Positions 38,492-46,650 of a DNA stretch of 64,000 nt are shown here, piece by piece (the stretch's first letter is position 1; every line of letters begins with the position of its first letter). The notes beneath the pieces were generated by a model that saw nothing but the letters and a program-made list of their open reading frames with translations, was not told the origin of the DNA and did not search any database. The translations under genes were made by a program, and so were the position numbers. Origin of the DNA: an uncultured Ignavibacteriaceae bacterium (GTDB lineage Bacteria; Bacteroidota; Ignavibacteria; Ignavibacteriales; Ignavibacteriaceae); assembly GCA_964639355.1 (NCBI GenBank), contig CAZXCP010000005.1:4286-68285 (forward strand), written 5' to 3'.

Positions 38492-40615
38492 TTACTTCAA
38501 AAACAGCATTTTCTTCGTTTCAAAATATTTTCCAGCCTGAATTTTGTAGAAGTAAACTCCGCTTGCTAATCTGCTTGCATCAAAGGTAACGTTATGTCTT
38601 CCTGCATCACGGTATTCGTTAACAAGAGTGGTTACTTCGTTTCCAAGGATATCATAGATTTTTAATGTTGTATGCCAACCTGACTTGCCGTCAGGCAGGC
38701 TGCCTACTGGCGACTGCCAACTGATCGTGGTACTTGGGTTAAAAGGATTAGGGTAGTTCTGCGAAAGAAAAAATTCTGAGGGAACAGAATTTAATTGTTC
38801 TTCTTCAATATAAGTTACTCCACCGTTTGTAGTTCTGAGAATAGTGCCATTGAATCCAACTGCAGTCCCATTGTTTATATCACTAAAAGATACACCATAC
38901 AGAAAGCTTGATGTACCACCTGGACGTAAATCCCAATTAACACCACCATCTGTAGTTCTTACTATTAACCCTAAACGACCGACTGCAGTAGCATTGATTA
39001 GATCTTTAAAGTCTATATCATATAAAGTTTCAGTTATTCCGCTTGACTGTAGAGTCCAATTACTTCCGCCGTCCACAGTTTTAAGAATTGTTCCATCTTC
39101 ACCAACAACTAACCCATTATTCAAATCTGAAAAGGAAACGCCAAATAAATTTTTTGTTGTTCCACTTACTTGTGAAAACCAAGTAGTCCCTCCGTTTGAG
39201 GTTCTAAGAATTGTACCAGACCATCCAACAGCGGTTCCATTATTCAAATCTGTAAAAAAGATATCTATTAAATTGCTTGCGGTTCCGCTTGATTGTTCAT
39301 TCCATGTTGATCCACTATCTGTCGTTTTTAGAATTGTACCGGTATGACCGGCTACAAATCCATTATTCTCGTCAACAAAGTAAACCCCCCACAAGGCGTC
39401 AAGAGTCCCACTTGACTGTTCACTCCAGGTTAATCCGCCATTTGTTGTTCTCAGGATCGTGCCACTGATTCCGACAACCGTTCCATTGTTTAAATCCGGA
39501 AAATGAATACCATATAAAGTATTAGTCGTTCCACTTGTTTGTACAATCCAGTTTGTTCCGGTGTTTGTAGTTCTTAAGATTGTACCTTGAGAACCCACAA
39601 TTATAACATTAGCTGAATCGATATGCGAGACATCCCATAAAAATGCGTTTGAACCACTTGATTGCTTACTCCATGTAGCACCGCCGTTGATAGATCTTAG
39701 AATTGTTCCAGACCAACCGACCGCCGTCCCAATATTTTCATCACTGAATGAAACATCGAGAAGCCAATTTGTTGTCCCGCTTGATTGAGATGACCAGGTT
39801 GTTCCACCATCTGTAGTGCTGAAAATAATGCCGTTTTCACCTACTGCTGTACCATAATTAGTATCAATAAGAGCGACTCGTTTGAAATCAGAAGTTGTTC
39901 CACTAGATTGCGAAATCCAGGTTGTACCTCCATTTGTGGTTTTAAGAATTTTTCCGGCTGAACCAACCACAATACCATAATCTGCATTAATGAAAGATAC
40001 ATCTACAAGAGCGTTTGAAGTCAGGCTTGATTGCGAAGTCCAGGTTGCACCTCCGTTTGTGGTTCTGAGAATTTTACCAACCGAGCCTACCAAAGTACCG
40101 TTGAGAGGATCGCTAAAATGTACTCCCCACAAATCATTCACTATTCCGCTTGATTGCTGAGACCAGGATATTCCGCCGTTAGTTGTATTTAATATCAATC
40201 CTGATGAACCTACAATCCATCCAAGAGTTGTATCAATAAAAAAAACATCATTTAACTGGTTTGTCACACCGCCGGATTGTGATAGCCAGGATGAGCCACC
40301 ATTTGTTGTCCTTAAGATTGTCCCGCTAAACCCGACAGCAGTTCCATAATTGATGTCTGTGAAGTTAACGCTGGTTAATCGAACAGTTGTACCACTTGAT
40401 TGGTCCTGCCAGTTTACTCCACCGTCCGTTGTTCTGATTATTATACCAAAGCTTCCCACTGCAGTTCCGATATGTGCATCAATAAAAGAAACACCACGTA
40501 AATCGATTGTTGTGCCTAAATTTTGCAAAAACCAGTTTGATTGCGCATAGGTTTTTGCTGAGGCAAGTAAAATTATAACTAGTAACAACACTGAATGTCT
40601 AAGATTATTTTTCAT
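38492..40615 (-). CDS. Ycf48/BNR-like tandem-repeat beta-propeller protein with T9SS sorting domain
   Basis: About 14 tandem ~43-aa repeats of the form GTILRTTNGG.(T/S)W..QSSGT...L..V.F.D.N.GTAVG. The CTD carries an 8-aa insertion. Confidence 0.85.
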   Translation of the reverse strand: MKNNLRHSVLLLVIILLASAKTYAQSNWFLQNLGTTIDLRGVSFIDAHIGTAVGSFGIIIRTTDGGVNWQDQSSGTTVRLTSVNFTDINYGTAVGFSGTILRTTNGGSSWLSQSGGVTNQLNDVFFIDTTLGWIVGSSGLILNTTNGGISWSQQSSGIVNDLWGVHFSDPLNGTLVGSVGKILRTTNGGATWTSQSSLTSNALVDVSFINADYGIVVGSAGKILKTTNGGTTWISQSSGTTSDFKRVALIDTNYGTAVGENGIIFSTTDGGTTWSSQSSGTTNWLLDVSFSDENIGTAVGWSGTILRSINGGATWSKQSSGSNAFLWDVSHIDSANVIIVGSQGTILRTTNTGTNWIVQTSGTTNTLYGIHFPDLNNGTVVGISGTILRTTNGGLTWSEQSSGTLDALWGVYFVDENNGFVAGHTGTILKTTDSGSTWNEQSSGTASNLIDIFFTDLNNGTAVGWSGTILRTSNGGTTWFSQVSGTTKNLFGVSFSDLNNGLVVGEDGTILKTVDGGSNWTLQSSGITETLYDIDFKDLINATAVGRLGLIVRTTDGGVNWDLRPGGTSSFLYGVSFSDINNGTAVGFNGTILRTTNGGVTYIEEEQLNSVPSEFFLSQNYPNPFNPSTTISWQSPVGSLPDGKSGWHTTLKIYDILGNEVTTLVNEYRDAGRHNVTFDASRLASGVYFYKIQAGKYFETKKMLFLK

Positions 40616-40657
40616 ATAGTTATTTCTTTTTAAGAATTATAAGCTTGAATAATTTTT

Positions 40658-41965
40658 TTATTTTATTAGCAGCATCTTCATAGTGGAAGTATAATTGTCA
40701 GCTTGCTTCCCGAGAGTTACAACCTGAATTCTGTAAAAGTAAACTCCGCTTGATAAATGGCTTGCATCAAAATCAACTGAGTGGATGCCACTATCTATCT
40801 CCTCATTTATTAAAGTTGCCACCTCTTCACCAACAATGTTATAAACTTTTAGTATTACGATTGAAACTTCCGGCAAACTAAATTTTATTGTTGTAGAAGG
40901 GTTAAACGGATTAGGATAGTTCTGTTGTAAAGCGAATTCTGCTGGTAGAATTTTTACTGGATTGTTTTCAATTGATGTAGAAATGTCAGTATCCAACAGA
41001 AATGCTTCTGTTAAACTGGTTGCGGCATTGTAACCGGAGCCTACAATAAATCTTCCATCTGAAGAAATCGCATTAGCACGCTCAAGAGTTGATCCGTTAG
41101 ATAGTAAATTGGAATAGATTCCATTCAGGTCTTGCATGGTAGAATCCTTCCAGATAATTGCACGTAATTGACCATCAGAGTTTGGTGCTAATCCAACCAC
41201 AATCTCACCATCATCAGATACATCATATGCCTGACTCCAGTCGCCGCCAATAGTACCAAGTTCCTGTATTCCACCAAAAGACTTCCAGCGAAAAGCACGC
41301 AATTGCCCATCACTATTTGCTGAATATCCAACAATTACACTACCATCTGCATTGGCGCTTTGTGCTACACTTGAATTACCGCCAAGGGTTCCGAGGTCTA
41401 TCATAGCAAGATTGGTTGAATCGGTGCGAAAAGCACGAGTTTGATTGCCGGAGTTAAGTGATTCGCCAACAATAACTTTACCGTTGGCAGATATTCCTTG
41501 TGCAGTACTTCTATTTCCTCCAAGTGTACCGAGGTTCTGCATTGAGCCATTGATCCAGCGAAACGCATTGAACTGAAAATTACTGTTCTGCGAGTAACCG
41601 ACTATTACAGAACCATCTACTGAAACATCCCTTGAATGACTGCTTGAACCTCCTAATGTTCCAAGGTCTACCAAGCCTGTCGAATCTGTCCACCTAAAAG
41701 CTCTGATAAAACCATTCAAACTGGCTTCACCAATGACAATGAAACCATCACCTGAAACACCAAAAGCAAGACCATCAAGACTTTGCATTCCGGTTGAATC
41801 TGTCCAGCGAAAACCTGAACCAACAACTATTTTACCATCATCAGAAACATCGGTTGCCGAACTAGCTGATCCATTCAGTGTGCCTAACCAGGTCAATGAT
41901 TGAGGATTTGATATATTAGTCCATATAATTAGAATAAAAAAAAGAATGGTTGAAATGTATTTCAT
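40658..41965 (-). CDS. HAF-family extracellular repeat protein with T9SS sorting domain
   Basis: Repeats of the form AFRW...G.(M/I).(D/N)LGTLGG..S.A..(I/V)S.(D/N)G..(I/V)VG, as in the HAF repeat family. T9SS CTD. Confidence 0.8.
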   Translation of the reverse strand: MKYISTILFFILIIWTNISNPQSLTWLGTLNGSASSATDVSDDGKIVVGSGFRWTDSTGMQSLDGLAFGVSGDGFIVIGEASLNGFIRAFRWTDSTGLVDLGTLGGSSSHSRDVSVDGSVIVGYSQNSNFQFNAFRWINGSMQNLGTLGGNRSTAQGISANGKVIVGESLNSGNQTRAFRTDSTNLAMIDLGTLGGNSSVAQSANADGSVIVGYSANSDGQLRAFRWKSFGGIQELGTIGGDWSQAYDVSDDGEIVVGLAPNSDGQLRAIIWKDSTMQDLNGIYSNLLSNGSTLERANAISSDGRFIVGSGYNAATSLTEAFLLDTDISTSIENNPVKILPAEFALQQNYPNPFNPSTTIKFSLPEVSIVILKVYNIVGEEVATLINEEIDSGIHSVDFDASHLSSGVYFYRIQVVTLGKQADNYTSTMKMLLIK

Positions 41966-42279
41966 TATTTCTTTCCTTAGTGAATGATTGATGATAATTA
42001 TTTATATAGCTGATATAATTCCGGAAAACAAAATTGTTATCAGGACTCCAATAGCGATTGAAACTAAAATTATTATCCGTGTCAATGATTTTTCCTTCTG
42101 TTCCAACAGAACGGTAGTATCTTCCATATTTTTTTTCTTTTTCAAATGTGTTATGGGTGCTGGTTTAGTTAGATTTAATTGTGGGAGCAAATCTAAAAGC
42201 TGAGATAGGGAATGACTATCTAATTTGTGTCAATCTCTTGCTATTTTGTTGCAAAATTGAAAAGATGTGAATATTGACT

Positions 42280-45200
42280 CTATTCGGATGTTTTGTTTGA
42301 AGAATATTCGGAGGGCGTGCAGTTAAACTGTTTTGAAAATGCTCTTGAGAATTGAGCCGGACTTGAAAATCCAATTGCATAAGCAATTTGTGTTACTGAC
42401 AATTTTTTATTGATCAACATATCTGCGGCAGATTTTAGCTTAATTGTTCGGATAAACTCACCGGGTGCCTGACCTGTAATTGAGATCATTTTTCTGTGTA
42501 ATTGTGAACGGCTTAAAAATAAATCTTTAGCTAATTGATCCGTGCTGAAATTAGTTTTATCAAGGTTTAATTGAACTATTTCATAAGCATGTTTTATTAA
42601 GTCCTGATCATCTGATTCGAGTTTTTGAACTTCGGGCAGGGGAGGGAATTCCCTGCTGTATTTTTCTCTTATCCTTTTTCTTTGTTCAAGAATATTTATA
42701 ATTCTGATAAACAGTTCCCTTGACTCAAAGGGTTTGGTAAGATAATCGTCAGCTCCGGTTTCTAATCCTTCCAATTTACTCTCGAATGATGCTTTAGCTG
42801 TTAGCAATATTACCGGTATATCACTTGTGTGCCAATCTGATTTAATCTGATTACAAAACTCAATTCCATCCATTGAAGGCATCATTACATCGCTGATTAT
42901 TAAATCAGGATTCAATTCCACAGCAGATCGAACTCCCTCGAATCCATTTGAAGCTTCATAAATAGTGTATTCTTTTTCTAATAAATTTCTCAAATATTTT
43001 CTAACATCATCAGAGTCATCAACAACTAATACAACCGGCTTCAGATTATCATCAACAGCTTTTTTTCTTGTACGGTTTGCGGTGTTTTCCCGGATGCCAG
43101 CAATATTTTCAGAAGCTTCCTGAAAGATCATCGCGGAATTATCAGTAGTGCTGTATTTTACTTTTTCTTCTTCGCTGAGATATTCATCCCACAATGGTAT
43201 CTTAATTATAAATTCAGTTCCCTTTTCCAACTCGCTCTTCACACTGATTTCCCATTTGTGAAGATCTATCAGTTCTTTCACCAGTGCTAATCCTATTCCG
43301 GAACCTCCATAAGATCTTTGTGAGTGTTGATCAGCCTGGAAGAACCGGTCAAATATTTTATCTATTTTATCTGAAGAAATTCCTATACCGGTATCTCTTA
43401 CAATTAGTTTACCATATTGCTTTTCATTCTGAATTAAGATAGATACATCTACTTCTATTTTACCTTGAGCCGGGGTAAATTTAAAGGCATTGGATAGGAG
43501 GTTATTCATTATTTTTTCAAATTTATCACGATCTATCCATGCTGGAACGGAATCGCTCTCGGTTTTTATTGTTAGGAATATGTTTTTTTGTTCTGCAACT
43601 GAACTAAAAGATGAAACAATTCCTCTTAACAGAATTACTAAGTTTTCTTTTTTAGTTTTAAGCGGCACAGATGAAGACTCCAGTTGAGAAAGCTCAAGCA
43701 GTTCATCAATAAGTTTTTCAAGATTTTTACTGTTTCTATCAATCAGTTCAATGTCATCAAAATTATCACTGTGCACAGAACTTTTCTTAAGATTTTCTAA
43801 TGGACCTTTTATAAGCATAAGCGGTGTCCTGAATTCGTGAGAAAGGTTTGCAAAGAAACGTGATTTCATTTCTTCGAGTTCTGCATTTTTTTTGGCTTCA
43901 ACTTGCCTCAATCGTAATTCATTTCTCAATTTTACTCTGTTAATCTCAAATCTTCTTATTACTATTAAACCAATTATTATCAGAACTGTGTATAAACCAT
44001 AAGCCCATAAAGTAGCCCACCAGGGAGGGTTGATAATTATCTTTACTGATGCTTCCTGATTATTCCAGATACCGTCTGCATTTGTGGATTTAACTTTGAA
44101 AAAATATGTACCCGGATTAAGATTAGTATAGGTAACAAATCTTCTGTTCTCACTATATATCCAGTCATCGTCAAAACCTTCCATTTTATAGGCATAATGG
44201 ATCTGTTCAGGCGCATTAAAATCAAGTGCAGCGAATTCAAATGAAAAAACATCATCATTGTGATTAAGAATAATTTCTTCAGTGAAATTAATACTTCTAT
44301 TGAGAAGGGATTTATCACCAATTCCAATTGACTGATTAAATAACAGAAAATCTGTAATCAGAACATTTGGTTTGTAATTTGAAAAAATAATATCATTCGC
44401 ATTGAAAATATTAATTCCGTCTGTGCTCCCGAAAATCATTAGCCCATTATTAAGTTTTAATGCAGCATCCGGATTCATAGTTATTCCATTTATTCCATCT
44501 TTTCTGTTGAAATTGATAAATGATTCATTTTCAACATCGAAGAAAGAAATTCCTGCACCGGTTCCAATCCATAAATTTCCATTGTCATCTTCGAGTATAC
44601 TGTTAATATTGTTATCCGGCAGTCCGTTGTTTTTCGTAAAGTACTTTATATCAACAGAGAAATTATAACGGTTTAGTCCTTTATTAATTATTGAAAATCT
44701 ATTCAAACCGTTATTAGTCCCGATCCATAAAATTGTTTGATTACTATGATTTGATGCAGGATGATTTTTCGCTACATAAACTGTGAAAACACTATTACTG
44801 CTAATCGAATTAGTGTCATCCTCTGAATGAATCCAGTTTTGGAATATATCGTTATCAATATCTTTAACTAAGTTTAATCCACCGCCGGGAGTTGCAAGCC
44901 ATATCCTTCCGAACCTGTCTTCTGTAATAGACCAGATATCCTGAAAATTTAGTGAAGCAGGATTATCCGCTTCTGAACGCCAAACTTTTGAAGTTCCATT
45001 TGAAGGATCATAAAATCCCAGTCCCGATCCCCAATAACCAATCCATAAATTATTTTTTGAATCGTTAAATAAGGATTTAATAAACGGAACAGTCTTTTCA
45101 TTTGTTTTCTTAAAGATTAATTCCAGATCAATCTGCTTACCGGAAATAATATCATATTTTTTTAATCCCTGTCCATATGTACCAATCCATAATGAGTTTG

Positions 45201-46491
45201 CAGAATCTGCAGATAAAGACCATACATTTAATTTATCAAACTGAGGATTATAATTAATTACTTTATTCAGAGGAAAATTATTAATTGATATTAAACCATC
45301 AGAAAATCCTAACCATACATTTTTATTTCTATCCTGAACTGCTGCTCTTAGATTACCTCTGAATTTTGAAGCATTTAAAAAGATCTGATAGTTTTTATCA
45401 AATGGAGAATTAAATCTTGTGCTTTTCGGTGAGTAAAAACTTACTCCGTTTTCAGTAGCAATCCAGATTACTCCTGAACGATCTTTTATTATTTTATTAA
45501 TCTGGTTATCTATAATGCTGTTTGGATCATCAGGATCATCGGTAAAGCGATGATATGATCCTGTTGTTAAGTTAATTCTTAACAGACCTGAATAAGTATC
45601 TGTCCAGATAATCTTTTCACCATTAATAACTTCTTCGATAACAGTACTGGCACCTTCACCGAATTGCAGCTTTTCTTTGTTAGGAATTTTGATTCTATTG
45701 AAAGAGTCCTTAGCTGAATTAAATTCGTTTAGTCCTGTCGGTGTTCCAATCCATATTATTTCAGAATCTGAATTTGATTTGGTGAGATTATAAATCTGGC
45801 TGCTGCTTAAACTATTCAGATTGCTATGTTCGTGATAAAAATTTTTTATTTCTTTTTGAGATGAGCCAGGCTCTATTTTATTTAATCCCTTAAAAGTAGC
45901 AACAATAATATTGCCTCGTTGATCCTGAACAATAGATCTGACACTGAAGTGAGATAAAGCATTGTTACTCAATGAATCATAAGACCAGTGAGTAAAATAT
46001 TTCGACTCCGGATTATATTTATAAACACCTGAACTTCTTGTTCCTATCCAGATATTCCCGGTTTTATCTTCAAAGAGTGCTGTAATACTATTCCAGTCTT
46101 TTAATTTTGGCTGTGGGGTAATTTGAGAAAAACTTTCATTAACCGGATTAAAAATATTCACTGTGCCGTCTTTTGTTCCAACCCAGATGTTTCCCTTGCT
46201 GTCTTCAAGTAATGCCCAGATGCTGTTGTTTGAAAGACTATTTGAGTCTGAAGGATTATTACGGTATATCCTGAAGTTATATCCGTCAAATCTGTTGAGT
46301 CCATCCTCGGTACCGAACCAGATGAAGCCTGCTTTGTCCTGTATTAAAGTATTGACATCATTATTCGAGAGTCCATTTTCAACTGTTAAATGTTTAAAGG
46401 ATATGGATTGGGCAATGTTAAATCCATTGAATGTAATAACTAATAAGAAACTGCTGATTACTGTTATGTAGTACCTGAAGGAGAATATCAT
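42280..46491 (-). CDS. Hybrid two-component system sensor kinase/response regulator with AraC output (HTCS type)
   Basis: N-terminal two-component-regulator propeller repeats (..D..G.(I/L)W(I/V)GT..GL..(F/Y)), a Y_Y_Y-like region and a TM segment. H-box FFANLSHEFRTPL, HATPase (GSGIGLALVKELI), REC (VVLVVDDSDDV...SDVMMPSMDG) and AraC HTH (GFSSPAQFSRAFSKQF). Confidence 0.9.
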   Translation of the reverse strand: MIFSFRYYITVISSFLLVITFNGFNIAQSISFKHLTVENGLSNNDVNTLIQDKAGFIWFGTEDGLNRFDGYNFRIYRNNPSDSNSLSNNSIWALLEDSKGNIWVGTKDGTVNIFNPVNESFSQITPQPKLKDWNSITALFEDKTGNIWIGTRSSGVYKYNPESKYFTHWSYDSLSNNALSHFSVRSIVQDQRGNIIVATFKGLNKIEPGSSQKEIKNFYHEHSNLNSLSSSQIYNLTKSNSDSEIIWIGTPTGLNEFNSAKDSFNRIKIPNKEKLQFGEGASTVIEEVINGEKIIWTDTYSGLLRINLTTGSYHRFTDDPDDPNSIIDNQINKIIKDRSGVIWIATENGVSFYSPKSTRFNSPFDKNYQIFLNASKFRGNLRAAVQDRNKNVWLGFSDGLISINNFPLNKVINYNPQFDKLNVWSLSADSANSLWIGTYGQGLKKYDIISGKQIDLELIFKKTNEKTVPFIKSLFNDSKNNLWIGYWGSGLGFYDPSNGTSKVWRSEADNPASLNFQDIWSITEDRFGRIWLATPGGGLNLVKDIDNDIFQNWIHSEDDTNSISSNSVFTVYVAKNHPASNHSNQTILWIGTNNGLNRFSIINKGLNRYNFSVDIKYFTKNNGLPDNNINSILEDDNGNLWIGTGAGISFFDVENESFINFNRKDGINGITMNPDAALKLNNGLMIFGSTDGINIFNANDIIFSNYKPNVLITDFLLFNQSIGIGDKSLLNRSINFTEEIILNHNDDVFSFEFAALDFNAPEQIHYAYKMEGFDDDWIYSENRRFVTYTNLNPGTYFFKVKSTNADGIWNNQEASVKIIINPPWWATLWAYGLYTVLIIIGLIVIRRFEINRVKLRNELRLRQVEAKKNAELEEMKSRFFANLSHEFRTPLMLIKGPLENLKKSSVHSDNFDDIELIDRNSKNLEKLIDELLELSQLESSSVPLKTKKENLVILLRGIVSSFSSVAEQKNIFLTIKTESDSVPAWIDRDKFEKIMNNLLSNAFKFTPAQGKIEVDVSILIQNEKQYGKLIVRDTGIGISSDKIDKIFDRFFQADQHSQRSYGGSGIGLALVKELIDLHKWEISVKSELEKGTEFIIKIPLWDEYLSEEEKVKYSTTDNSAMIFQEASENIAGIRENTANRTRKKAVDDNLKPVVLVVDDSDDVRKYLRNLLEKEYTIYEASNGFEGVRSAVELNPDLIISDVMMPSMDGIEFCNQIKSDWHTSDIPVILLTAKASFESKLEGLETGADDYLTKPFESRELFIRIINILEQRKRIREKYSREFPPLPEVQKLESDDQDLIKHAYEIVQLNLDKTNFSTDQLAKDLFLSRSQLHRKMISITGQAPGEFIRTIKLKSAADMLINKKLSVTQIAYAIGFSSPAQFSRAFSKQFNCTPSEYSSNKTSE

Positions 46492-46607
46492 GCATCAAAT
46501 ATAATCAAGACATCTTAATCTGCAAATAATAGAGTAGGAAAGTGAATTGTGAACAAAAAGAATAGTTTTGATTGTAAATAAATACTGTTTTGATGATGTG
46601 ATAAATC

Positions 46608-46634
46608 AAGGTCGGGAGATTTTATCCCGACCTT
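46608..46634 (-). terminator. Hairpin terminator candidate after 46651..49470
   Basis: AAGGTCGGGA-6 nt-TCCCGACCTT, 17 nt after the stop. The U-run is weak. Confidence 0.45.
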
Positions 46635-46650
46635 AATTGATTTGTAATTA

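Noticed and set aside
38844-39347. 167-aa plus-strand ORF antisense to the Ycf48-repeat gene, together with 39277..39468 and 40350..40550
   Set aside because: It lies entirely inside a well-supported repeat-protein gene on the other strand. Its own sequence is periodic (..PTAVPLF.S.K...) because it mirrors the coding repeats. It has no start context. This is a shadow ORF.
38492-40615. Regularly spaced DNA repeats that could be mistaken for a CRISPR-like array
   Set aside because: The period (~129 nt) equals one 43-aa protein repeat. The repeats are imperfect, continuous and in frame within a long ORF. There are no unique spacers and no cas genes in the window.
41936-43021. Apparent 1-nt register difference between my manual base count and the ORF track. 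An A-run near 41936..41942 seemed one A short for the HAF gene frame, and an extra A seemed present near 43020.
   Set aside because: The ORF track shows intact ORFs (40658..41965 and 42280..46491) and the proteins look complete. I treat this as my own counting error in homopolymer runs at line breaks, not as frameshifts or pseudogenes. Hand-derived coordinates in this stretch may be off by 1.
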